From assembly GCF_001194135.2 (NCBI RefSeq), contig NC_068993.1:1372814-1436813 (forward strand): a stretch of 64,000 bases of DNA, written 5' to 3'. This document shows, piece by piece, positions 38,650-50,800 of the stretch (positions within the stretch are counted from its first letter, which is position 1; every line of letters begins with the position of its first letter). The notes under the pieces were generated by a model. That model was given only the letters and a program-made list of their open reading frames with translations. It did no database searches and was not told the origin of the DNA. The stretch is from Octopus bimaculoides (taxonomy: Eukaryota). A program made the translations under genes and the position numbers.

Positions 38650-39301
38650 TCACTGAGTTGACCTGGAATTATATATCATTCTTCTGAATTTCTCAGCAGA
38701 ATTTTCTTTGGGTTTTCCATGACCTGGAGGATGAGGTAAAAATCGGTACTGGGAGAAGCCTAAGCATAGATTTTCACTGGAATTTGGTTTCTTGATATTC
38801 TTGTCAACAGCATCCACATTTCGGTTTGGTTTTCTGAAAACAAAAGTTGTTGTTTGTTAAAACTAGGATGATGCTTTGCCAATATTGCACATTCTGACCA
38901 TATTTCACTCTGTGTTGTCTAATTCTCTTTAGAAAACCATTCTCTATTAATATGAACCGTCGTGCCTAGAAAAATGAACATTTTTATGCTCTTTTGATCT
39001 TAAGATTTTAGTATTTTCAACTCAGGAAAGAGTGACTGGTGCCACATAAAAAGCATCTGGTATACTCTGTACAATAGTTGGCATCCAATAGGAAGGGCAA
39101 CATCCAGCCATAGAAACCATGCCAAAGCAGACAGAGGGACTTGGTGTGGCTCCTAGCCTTGCCAGCTCCTATCAAAATGTCCAATCCATGCCAGCATGGA
39201 AAACGGACGTTAAATGATGATGATGCTTTCTTTATACAATTAAGTTGACCAAAGCTGTGTGAGTGGATTTGGTAGGTGGAAACTGAAAGAATCTTGTTGT
39301 G

Positions 39302-39333
<32 letters not shown>

Positions 39334-42300
39334 ATGTATGTGTCTAAGGCTTAAGACACTTGCCTGCGGTGCCACACAGTGGGACTGAACCTGAAACCTT
39401 GTGGTTGGGAAGCTATACTTACTTAGCTGGTAGCTTGAGTGCAGAACTGGGTGACGGTGTGGATTTCCTGCTGGTTGATTCTTTCAGTAATTCCTCCTCT
39501 AAAAGTTTTCTTTCAAGACGTAATTCTGAAAAAAAAAAAAAAAAAAAAAAAAAAAACAAATTACATAAAAAAATAGTCACACAAAATAAATATACTACTA
39601 CTACTACGTCCTAAATATATGACAGTGTTTATGATATAAACTTACGACATCATAAATATTGATAGGACTTATTTTGCCAAAGGTCAAATTTTGTTTGAAG
39701 TTAAAGAGAGGTAACAATCAACACATTGCAATAATGACATTTATGCACACATCTAAGGCAGAAGTTTACAGAACCTCTCATAGGAGATGAACTAGTCTAT
39801 GTGTGTGTGTGATCATCGTTGTCCATTTTTTGATTATATATACGAGGGGGTGCTGAAAAGTTCCTGGCTTTAGGTAAAAGAATACAGGTGAATTAGTTAA
39901 TTATGGTTTTATCCAACATCTTCCCCTCTGATTCACACTTATTGCAGCAGGTCTTCAGTTTTCCGAAGCCTTGTAAAAGAACTTGGAAGGTTGGGCCTCC
40001 AACCAGGCCTTTCACAATACCCTTAAAGCCAGGAAGTTTTTAGCACACCTCATATATCATCATCATTTAACGTCCACCTTCCATGCTAGCATGGGTGGGA
40101 TGGTTTCACAAGAGCCGGCCAGGCAGGAGCCTATACCAGACTTCTGTGGCTGTTTTGGCAGGATTTTTACAGCTGGATGCTCTTCCTAACACCAACCACT
40201 CAGCAGAGTATATATATATATATATATACTTATATTTGATGTATTTCCAAAGAGATTCCATCTGCCAATTCCCATGCACTGCAGCCACAATCTGATGTTG
40301 ATGTGGGTGGCATGTACCTGAAACCCAGGTGTGCCATACAGTGGAATTAAACTCAGAGCCATGTGCTTTCAAAGTGTATTCCTCAACATGTCTGCCTCTA
40401 TCTTGTCCTCTCTCCTCAATCATCATTATTATGATTAAACCTCTAACCAAGGCACATAAATACAAAACTTGGCAGAAAATTGGTGTGCAAAATGAAGAAA
40501 TCAACCCAGAAATATCTCACCTGAGATTGTAGGAATTACTTTCTTGGAAGTGGAAACAGTTTCAGACACTGATTGTTCTGTGACATCTAAATTATTCTGT
40601 AGAAGCTCAATATTTCTAAGAAGTTGTCTTATTTCATCTTCTAGTCTTGATCTACGGAAGAAAGTCACAAAAACCAGGAATCAAAAATAATTCAAAATTC
40701 AGCTGAAACAATAAACTGTAATCATGATTCTTATGCGAATTACATTCAATAGCTTCATTTGAAGATCCTTAAAAAATTTCTTCCATTAACATACCAGGGC
40801 ACTGCATACTAACCCGGATTTTGTTTAATTGATTTCTGTTTGCCAAACTGCTAAGTTACAAGAGATAAAGCATCAACACTACTTTGCTGAGTTCAATAAC
40901 ATATATTTTGGAAAATTGATTCGAGAACTGACCTTAATTCTTGTGCAACATCATCAATCTTTAAGTAATCCAAGGAATGTATCATGGCTTGGATTTCATC
41001 TTTCATTGAATTCGAACATCTGCAGTGGAAAATATGTACACATTAGAAAGCATTTCTTGAGAAAATTTCATAAAACATTAGAAAGTAGTGCCAATCACTT
41101 AAAATGGACAGGATTGGGAGACGCAAGAAGACTTGGTATGAAGTAGTGAGATCTGATCTCAGGATATTGAACTTAACAGAGGAGATGACAATCAACCATG
41201 GTATCTGGTGATATGAGGTTCTTGAGAAGACCCAACCACCTCAGTGATATTAAGGTCCAGAAGTGCTGTGTATTATGTGCTCCCCACCCACACATTACAT
41301 TAATTCATCTCCATATCCACTCACTCCAGTGAACCAAACGACATCCCATCTTGTCTTTCCAACTCTTCCACCTGCAACCCAATGTCCCTTTGTCATCTCT
41401 CTCTCCATAATGGTATTGGCAATGGCAGTAATGGTGGCAGGTTCTACTGCTTTACTGAAGATTGATGAGGTTGAGTATGTTATTAATCTTCTCTACTCAG
41501 TTTAAGATTTTGTCTATCTTAGAGATTGGTCCCAGCAGACTTATTCTATCAAGGATGAAATCTTCCGCTGTGTTCCGTTGATAGACTTTAATAGAAAACT
41601 TAGCAGCACCAATGATGAAAGAATGGTTTATCTATAAACAAAAGTCTAACATTTACTGGAATTTTTTTCCCGAGAAGCTCTATGAAAAATGTGAAAGAAT
41701 ATTTCTACTCACTGATTAATATTTGAAGATATTGATTGGTTTTTACTCATCACAGGTGAAATGGAATCATATTGCTTTGTTTCTTGGTAAATTTCTGCAA
41801 AACAATAATTTCATACTTCAAGATATATTCAAAACTTGGTATTGATGTTGATGGATTTGGTATTACAAGACAAACATGGAACAATAATGATAAACTCGGT
41901 ACTGACCTAATTGATATAGAGAGCCTAAATATTTTAATCAAAGAAAATTACAGCTGTAATGAGAGGGAAATAATTACTTTAAAAGGTAATTCTGTATAAG
42001 ACAAGCAAGGGAGACAATTCTGGAAATTAAAATTACAAACAATATAATGGAGTGATTCTGATCTTTGGCAGAAAGGTGATAACTCTGGATATGTTTCAGT
42101 ATTATCAGACCTCATCAGTGGAGCCTAGTCTAAGCTGGCACTACTAGAGTAACACTGTTAGAAAACAACATAGAAGTAAAAGAAAGCAGAGATTACCTTG
42201 CTGTTGTGAAACATAGTCACGGATTTCTTTGTTATATTTCGATAGTACTTGACTGGAATCCCTAAAATAGACCAATATGATGTAGAATTAGTTTAATTTC

Positions 42301-43340
42301 TTAGTCTTGAATTAATATAGATTTTTGAGCAATGAAATTAACTAGATATTGGATAATTAGGACAATTAAAATAATTAAGATAATACGTAGTAATATATAT
42401 AGGGTGGCATGTGAACAATTCATTGGACTGACTCTGTGCAGGTGGCACGTAAAAAACACCATTTTGAGCATGGCCGTTGCCAGTACCGCCAGACTGGCCC
42501 TCATGCAGGTGGCACGTAAAAAGCACCCACTACACTCTTGGAGTGGTTGGCATTAGGAAGGGCATCCAGCTGTAGAAATCTTGCCAGATCAGATTGGAGT
42601 TTGGTGTAGCCATCTGGTTCGCCAGTCCTGAGTCAAATCGTCCAGCCCATGCTAGCATGGAAAGCGGACGTTAAATGATGATGATGATGATGCATAATAA
42701 TTCAGTTAATTAAAGAAATTAAAACAGTAATCAGTAATTACTTACAATCCATTATACTCTGCCTTCTCTATGATACTCGAGATCAGAAAAGCAATTTCCT
42801 TAATTAAAGTCTCTCTTGCTGTTGGAGGTTCAGGAATTCTGAGTGTGACTTGGGACAGATTCCTTTCTTGATATTCTTTGAAAATCTCTTGCAAAGTTTC
42901 AAGCTACAATATATTTATATATACATTATATACACACACACAAGCAAGGAAAAATGTTGATATATAAAAGTCTGTCTCCAAAAATAACAATATTATGCAA
43001 AAACAGAACATTTGTTTATAATACAAGCCTGAACTCTCAAATTTCAACTGGATTTAGACTCACTAAATCTGAAACTGATTTATTCCCAGTTTTGTGTTGG
43101 TGATGATGATGATGATGAGGATGAATTAATAATAATAATAATAATAATAATGCCTTCAAATTTTGGCACAAGGCCAGCAAGTTTGGGCTGGAGAGGAGGA
43201 GTTGATTACACTGACCCCAGTGCTTAACTGGTATTTATTTCATTGATCCCTAAAGGCAAAGTCAGCCCCAGTGGCATTTGAACTCAGCACATAACAACAG
43301 ACGACATGCTGCTAACCATCTCGTCCAGCTTACCACCCCA

Positions 43341-43379
<39 letters not shown>

Positions 43380-43555
43380 GTTTCTAATTGAGGTACAAGC
43401 CACCAATTTAAAGGTGGGGGTTAGTTGGTACCATCTACCCCAATACTAGCACTTTATTTTACCGTTCCTGGAGCTGGAGTTGACTTTGGCAGCATTTGGA
43501 ACCAGACTATAAAGAGGCAGAAAGAAGGTGGAAAAGCAATTTGTTCTCCAAACAA

Positions 43556-43595
<40 letters not shown>

Positions 43596-43814
43596 TCCTC
43601 ACATTATACACAAGTGACTGGTGTATATATTCACCTCATTCTGGAGTTGAATACTTTCTTCAACCAAACCAACACCTAAAATATTCTTGATTTCTTGTCT
43701 CTCAGAATCTGGGACTGTCTGTTCTATCAGCTTCCACACCGATAATGGAACTTTATAAAGATGTGAAGAAAGAGGATGAGGTAGATACGCTGCTTCTGTG
43801 GTATTTTCAGTCAT
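38650..43814 (-). CDS. CCDC24: Coiled-coil domain-containing protein 24, 329 aa, 8 coding exons
   Basis: Minus-strand exons 43814-43635, 42903-42746, 42261-42197, 41794-41713, 41019-40933, 40651-40521, 39525-39423 and 38833-38650 join in phase (990 nt). SVWKLIEQTVPDSERQEIKNILG, LDYLKIDDVAQELRSRLEDEIRQL and ELRLERKLLEEE match the CCDC24 pattern as I recall it. Exon 41794-41713 was inferred mainly from phase. Confidence 0.85.
39841..40054. mobile_element. Mariner-type MITE with ~30-bp TIRs and TA target sites
   Basis: TACGAGGGGGTGCTGAAAAGTTCCTGGCTTTA at the left end and TAAAGCCAGGAAGTTTTTAGCACACCTCATA at the right end (near-perfect reverse complement). Confidence 0.85.
41230..41640 (-). mobile_element. 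Degenerate RTE-type LINE C-terminal fragment in a CCDC24 intron
   Basis: Decayed peptides resemble K-TI...TQRKI and W-AG-R...GKTRW of the RTE thumb region. Confidence 0.4.
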
Positions 43815-45295
43815 GTTTCAATAGAAGAACCTGAAACAGATATTGACATACATACATACATTAGATACACACACACATGCAAATGTGTATGCGATGTATT
43901 AATAGAATTAATTATACGACATTAGGAAAAATAAGTAAAATAAATGTTTTTTTTATAAAACACACAGTTATGACCTAGATGTGTAAAAGTAGATTCCGTG
44001 TTTAAATCGGTTTTCCTTTTTGTGACCAAGAAGACAGATCAGCTTCACTATTTCCTGTGATTCTTCTTCAAACAGCCACAGTCAAGCTGCATCTCACACT
44101 GTTGTTCCATGAACTTCTGTCTACCATTACCTTTGGTAGACCCTCAGTTCCATGTTCTGTGTGATCTCTACCGATAACACCAATGTATTCGAGTGGTTTT
44201 CTTCTTTTAATAAGGTACAGAAGTCTCCAAAATATAACATCCATTATGGCCTTCTGTTCAGTTTGATAGCAGTGGCCAGGAAAGCAAAAGACCAGCCTTG
44301 TTGACTTTGATAAAATACTTGATTGCTAAATGTTTCACAGCTTGTTAAAGGTACTCTAAGCTAGTCCCTTGTATGTAAGGATATCTTTGTTAGCAATGCA
44401 GGGTTCAAGTTACTTGAAATCACTAACCTCCTTGATTTGTATTCCGTTATTGAAACAAATTGGCAGATGGAACCAAATTTGGCTGATTATTTACCACTTC
44501 ATCAGAGATCAGTCGCTCATTTCCTTGGCCACAGAGAGACTAGTATCTTATAGCCAGAGCTAGTATCAACATAAATTAGGGTGGAACTAAATTGGTCTCT
44601 TCAAATTTAAATAGCAGTATTGCAAGTGATTGGCAACTTGAATTAATTAACAAAGGCACTTATATAGGATTAAGAAAAAGAAATAATTCATGTTGCCAAT
44701 GTTTGTTCAGTTCCAGTCAAGTACTGGGATTCTGACCCCCGAACTTTACTGATCCTGGAGGGATGAAAGGCAAAGTTGACACAGGCAGAAATTGAACTCA
44801 GATTGTAACAAATCAGAAGAATTGCCACCGGACACTTTTGCTCTAATGATTCCACTAGATCAACACCTTAATGAACTGGAGATTGGTACTCAGATGTTGA
44901 ATGTCTCCCACGATAATTAACAACCAAATATCATAGCGTATAATGTGCAGAATGAGACTTCTGACGGCAGCCTGCTGTCCGCTCTCACAGAATCTACCAG
45001 AACAAACAAGACCGAACTTTCTGAGAAGTAAAACAATAATAATAATAATAATAATGAGAATGATAATTGCCAAATTTGGCACAAGATTGTAATTTTGAGG
45101 ACAGAAGGGTTGATCATTTATTGCAGCCAACTTTGCATTTCATCCCAGAGCGAAGGTGTGTTTACTTAATACATGGGAATTCTAGCAATAGATATACTGA
45201 TAGTTCTCTCCGAACCATATTCTTAAACTTTCAGAATCAAAGAGTCAAAATGTAAAAAGAAATGAAGTAAACGATGTCTCCATGTTGTCACTTAC

Positions 45296-45520
45296 TGTCA
45301 GCCCAAGAATTCACTCGTCTATTGTTCCTCGTTTGATAGCAAATGTCTCTAGCAATTTGAATAGGTTGCCGTTTGGAATAGAAACTTGCTGGACAAATGC
45401 TGAAAATTCCTAGAAATGCCCTCAGAGTTTTTTCTGAAATAAAAACCATCACTTTAATAGAGATTACGTAAAACTCATTGGAATGAAGTAAAGAATCAAT
45501 TTGGGAATCCAAGCTTGTTT
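45296..45520 (-). promoter_or_regulatory. Probable non-coding first exon / promoter region of CCDC24
   Basis: There is a strong minus-strand donor CA|GTAAGT at 45295, the region is relatively CpG-retaining, and the acceptor before the ATG exon (43831-43832) needs an upstream exon. The upstream boundary is approximate. Confidence 0.4.
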
Positions 45521-46578
45521 AATGTTTGTTTACATTGGTAAGCTTAGTAACGAAGGGAGATAACTGTGGAATCAACTAAGGGAAACAACTCAAGGTGATC
45601 AACGTGATAGAATTTTTCTCTTAATTGATGAAAAAAAAATTACTGATAAATGTTAGTGACTCAAATAAACGAAAAATATACTTCTCTCTCTCTCTCTTTT
45701 ACTCTTTTACTTGTTTCAGTCATTTGACTGCGGCCATGCTGGAGCACCGCCTTTAGTCGACCCCCAGGACTTATTCTTTGTAAGACTAGTACTTATTCTA
45801 TCGGTTTCTTTTTGCCGAATCGCTAGGTTACGGGGACGTAAACACACCACCATCGGTTGTCAAGCGATGTTGGGGGACAAACACAAACACACACACACAC
45901 ANNNNNNNNNNNNNNNNNNNNNNNNNNNNNNNNNNNNNNNNNNNNNNNNNNNNNNNNNNNNNNNNNNNNNNNNNNNNNNNNNNNNNNNNNNNNNNNNNNN
46001 NNNNNNNTATATATATATATATATATGCCCTTTATATAAATATATATATATATATATAATTATGTGTATTTCTTCTATCTTAATGAATAAAAATTCTTCT
46101 GATAGAATAAATGGGTTAATAGAAACCAATGTAGCAAAGAACACAAAATAACTGTGAGAAATATTGTGTCGATGTCATGAAGTAGAACCGGACATGTTTT
46201 GAGTCTGTATGTACGTTGGTCATTCGGTCGTATCTGTTTATATTCTGCTACTGTGTTGTGTCGTTCATGCTGAATACATGGTTTTGTGTTGAAATTAATG
46301 TTGTCTCCATTGTAGCTAAGAATAGACTACAACTTCTAAGAATCGCATGAAGCAAGAGTGAGTTGACAGCTCATGGCTAGGGGTATGGCTATAAATATTA
46401 TATGTATTCCTTTTCTCCAGGGAGGAAATAAGATATTGGGAGAAGTCTATTGGATATAAGTAACTGTCTATAAAAAGAGGCAGGTTAGAGGAAGACTTTA
46501 AATCATGACGTTAATTACCAGTTAAAGGGCAAGACACTAAGAAACCTAAGATGTTAATATAGAGGAAACTTTATTAGG

Positions 46579-46652
<74 letters not shown>

Positions 46653-47885
46653 CTCTGTGCGCGCGCGCGTGTGAGACCACTGCTTGACAATCGGAGATGA
46701 TTTATTTACGTCCTTGTAATACAGCGGTTCGGCAAAGGAAACAGATAGAATAAACATCAGGCTTTAAAAAATAGTATTCGATTAAAAATTCTTCAAAATG
46801 GTGCCCCAGCTTAGCCACAGTCTAATGACTGAAACAAGTAAAAGAAAAAGATGATTCATGTCGGGCGTACCAACTGATGCAACTGGTACTTAATTTATCG
46901 GCCCCGAAAGGATGAAAGGCAAAGTCGACCTCGGAGAAATTTGAACTCTGAGCATAAAGACAGACGAATGCCAGCTCGCCGGCTTTTCTCGTAAAAACTA
47001 TATTAGATAAAATAAAGTGTTACCATACTTGAAATATATTTGATATAATTGTGAAGTGTCGTCCTTATATTTATTTTATCGATTTCTAAATATCAAACGG
47101 CTCAATTAAATATATAATCCCCCATCCGTACACACATACACACGAGACCATCTCCTACACAGTTTGTCTTCTAAATTACATTCTTAAAGTATTAGCCAAC
47201 CAAAAAATACAGTAGGAGACACTTGCGCGGTTACCGTGCAGGAGAATCGAACTCGGAACTACGTAGACACGAAACAAACTTTTTTTTTAACCACGTGACG
47301 ATAACTGCGCCTCTTTTTTTCTTCATAGAAAATGAAGAACTTCTGAAACCTCGGCTTGGTGAGGTTAAATCTTTTTTTTTTTCTTGTGTAGACACAAAGG
47401 ACGGATAGTTTAAGGGAAGTGAGAACGGAATGTGTGGTGCTCATTCATTTCCCAACATGAAATCCTCTTCAGAACTATGACATGAGAACTTTGTCCCTTA
47501 AAAATTACTAAACGGCATAAATAACTGAAATACATTCGTTCCACTGGTTTTACTGACTTGAAAGAAAAAGAAGTTATCAAGTATTCGGTTTGTAATCTTT
47601 TAATTCGTCATTCCTGTCTTTTAAATGGCCCTCAGTGGTCTTTTATGTGTTACTGGGTTATTCCACTCGGAAACTGACTCTTAAAACAGGAACTATTACT
47701 CATCGCAATGTGTAAGATTTATTCTTTGATTCCAGTCGAAAATATGACTCTTTTTGCCCGCTTACCATTTGACTTGTATTCTTCATTCTGCACAATAACT
47801 TTAAAAAGAAACGGTCGACATCGTTTGGAGAGGAATTTTGCAATTCGCTTCTTTCGTTTTCACAGTTATTTTTACCAATTCTATC

Positions 47886-50800
47886 ATGATTAATGAATAT
47901 CTCAGTTTGTTCTTCTTAACGATTTTATTCCATACGTGTGTCCATGGAACGACAATATTTATTGAAGACGAGTGTGTTTGGAGAGAGCAGGCAAAGCTCA
48001 TTGACTGTGATAAGAAATCATTTCAAAGTTTACAGTTTCGTAGGAGCCACCCGGGGTATACAACATTGTCGATAAAAGAAACACCTTTGAAACAATTAGA
48101 CTTTAATATAAGCCATTTACCTGATCTAGAAATCATTGATGCACGAAGAACTAAACTCAACTGTCGAAAAATTAATTTAAGAATTTTGGAGATAGTGGAG
48201 CGCATAATTGTCGACCAACGGACGTGTTTAAACTCAATTTGCTGCCGAAAATTACAAACATTGTCGAACTACGACCGAGATACGAAAGGAAATCACGAAG
48301 AGGCGATGTCTAACCCTGCTGCGTTGATCAGCCTGAACCATTCTGAGCAGTTCCAGTCTGAAGAACCTTTAGATATCGATGTTACATCAGGGATTCAAAG
48401 CAAGAACGACACGAAGTCAGCTTACAACATCATAAGACAGGAAGTACTAGTGAACGGTGCCAAAAGTAAATCAAACAGAAATACCATTAGTATTTCTACG
48501 GAAATAAAAATAAATTATGACCAACCCATCGCTGTTCCTCCTCAACCAGGAACTGGAACCGGTATTCTTATACCTGTAGGTAAGTCAAAGACTTTATTTC
48601 TCATTCACAATAGCTTCCTTTATTTCAATAACCACACTCAGAATTTACATTATCCAACGTGTCGTTGTTTTATTAGAATGGTAANNNNNNNNNNNNNNNN
48701 NNNNNNNNNNNNNNNNNNNNNNNNNNNNNNNNNNNNNNNNNNNNNNNNNNNNNNNNNNNNNNNNNNNNNNNNNNNNNNNNNNNNNNNNNNNNNNNNNNNN
48801 NNNNNNNNNNNNNNNNNNNNNNNNNNNNNNNNNNNNNNNNNNNNNNNNNNNNNNNNNNNNNNNNNNNNNNNNNNNNNNNNNNNNNNNNNNNNNNNNNNNN
48901 NNNNNNNNNNNNNNNNNNNNNNNNNNNNNNNNNNNNNNNNNNNNNNNNNNNNNNNNNNNNNNNNNNNNNNNNNNNNNNNNNNNNNNNNNNNNNNNNNNNN
49001 NNNNNNNNNNNNNNNNNNNNNNNNNNNNNNNNNNNNNNNNNNNNNNNNNNNNNNNNNNNNNNNNNNNNNNNNNNNNNNNNNNNNNNNNNNNNNNNNNNNN
49101 NNNNNNNNNNNNNNNNNNNNNNNNNNNNNNNNNNNNNNNNNNNNNNNNNNNNNNNNNNNNNNNNNNNNNNNNNNNNNNNNNNNNNNNNNNNNNNNNNNNN
49201 NNNNNNNNNNNNNNNNNNNNNNNNNNNNNNNNNNNNNNNNNNNNNNNNNNNNNNNNNNNNNNNNNNNNNNNNNNNNNNNNNNNNNNNNNNNNNNNNNNNN
49301 NNNNNNNNNNNNNNNNNNNNNNNNNNNNNNNNNNNNNNNNNNNNNNNNNNNNNNNNNNNNNNNNNNNNNNNNNNNNNNNNNNNNNNNNNNNNNNNNNNNN
49401 NNNNNNNNNNNNNNNNNNNNNNNNNNNNNNNNNNNNNNNNNNNNNNNNNNNNNNNNNNNNNNNNNNNNNNNNNNNNNNNNNNNNNTGGGAGGGGGTAATT
49501 TTTTTTCTTTTTTGCATATTCGTAATCTCCGACGTCTAAAACGTAGGAATCCGAAAAAAAATATTATATTTACGATTATTTAAGGCAAATACAAGTAAAA
49601 CACACATTCTTTTCACATTAATGTCTTTGCTTGTATTTAATTTCGATTTGTATATGTTCGTCAATTCGCTACGACCTCTTTAAAGTAAACAAAATTCAAA
49701 ATTTTAATTAGTGTGGGTGAAATAATTTTTTTTTTCTTTTTTTGCATATTCGTAATCTCCGACATCTAAAACGTAGGAATCCGAAATTTTTTTTCCAAAA
49801 AATGCGTTTTTCAAGGAGAGGTGCGAAACTTCATTAGCCCCAGATTTGACTATTATCTTTAGCAGGTCAAGCGACCACATTGGATCGTTAGCCTCTTCGT
49901 CAGTTTTGATGTATCAGATAGATATATTGTCAAAGATATTCCAGTCGTGACCATCTTCTATGTTATTATTATTGAGTAGTCTTATTTTTTATCACGTGCT
50001 TTTCACTGCACTACCGAGTACAGCTGTGTGTGCCGTGGGTTTGTTGTGGTGCTCTTATTTTCACTGTATTGAAAGTGTAGGACGTGTGCGGTGCCTAGTG
50101 GTGCTATTTTCTGTATGTTATATATCCTTGTTAGTCCTGCTATTTTTATATTATACCTAATACGCCTACTAGAATAGGAATTGTTTCTGTTTTTAGGGTC
50201 CACATTCAAGTCACCTCTATTTCCAGATATGTGAACCCCCAAGGGTCGTCTGGGCCCCGGTTGAGATAGAGGGCTCTTTGTTTGCTCATCAGTGTTGTTT
50301 ACTGTTTCATGCTCTAACGGCTGTCAGTTCAATCTTCTGTTCTGCCTCAGTGCACCTGGGGCCTAGTGTCCCAGAGTCTCTACACTTCATGCTCCATTGA
50401 TGAAGTGGTGAAAAGGAATCTCCGAATGCTGGACCTCACTGAGGAAACGACAAGGGACCAGGAAATGGGGTGATTTACTGTACCCGTATTATTTCAGTCA
50501 TTTGACTGTGGCCATGCTGGAGCACCAACTTTTGTCGAGGAAATTGACCCCCAGGACTTATTCTTTGTAAGCTTAGTACTTATTCTATTGGTCCCTTTTT
50601 CCAAACCACTAAGTTACGGGGATGTAAGCACATCAGTTGTCAAGTGATGTTGGGGGGGACAAACACAGACACACAAACATATAAATACACATACATATAT
50701 ACGACGGGCTTCTTTCAGTTTCCGTGTACCAAATCCACTTACAAGGCTTTGGTTGGCCCGAGGTGCCACACAGTAGGACTGAACCTGGAACCGTTTACTT

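Noticed and set aside
41500-41631. Candidate CCDC24 exon after TTTATAG
   Set aside because: It hits a stop in both phases required by the neighbouring exons, and is better explained as an RTE remnant.
42085-42121. Minus-strand CTGATGA...GAAAC hammerhead-like match
   Set aside because: Stem II is only about 3 weak pairs and there is no stem I complementarity.
47838-49583. 581-aa ORF from the ORF track
   Set aside because: It is inflated by the 801-N gap. The real coding part is 47886-48579, ending at a GTAAGT donor. Other X-filled ORFs (10803-11196, 45711-46151, 59960-60543) are also gap artefacts.
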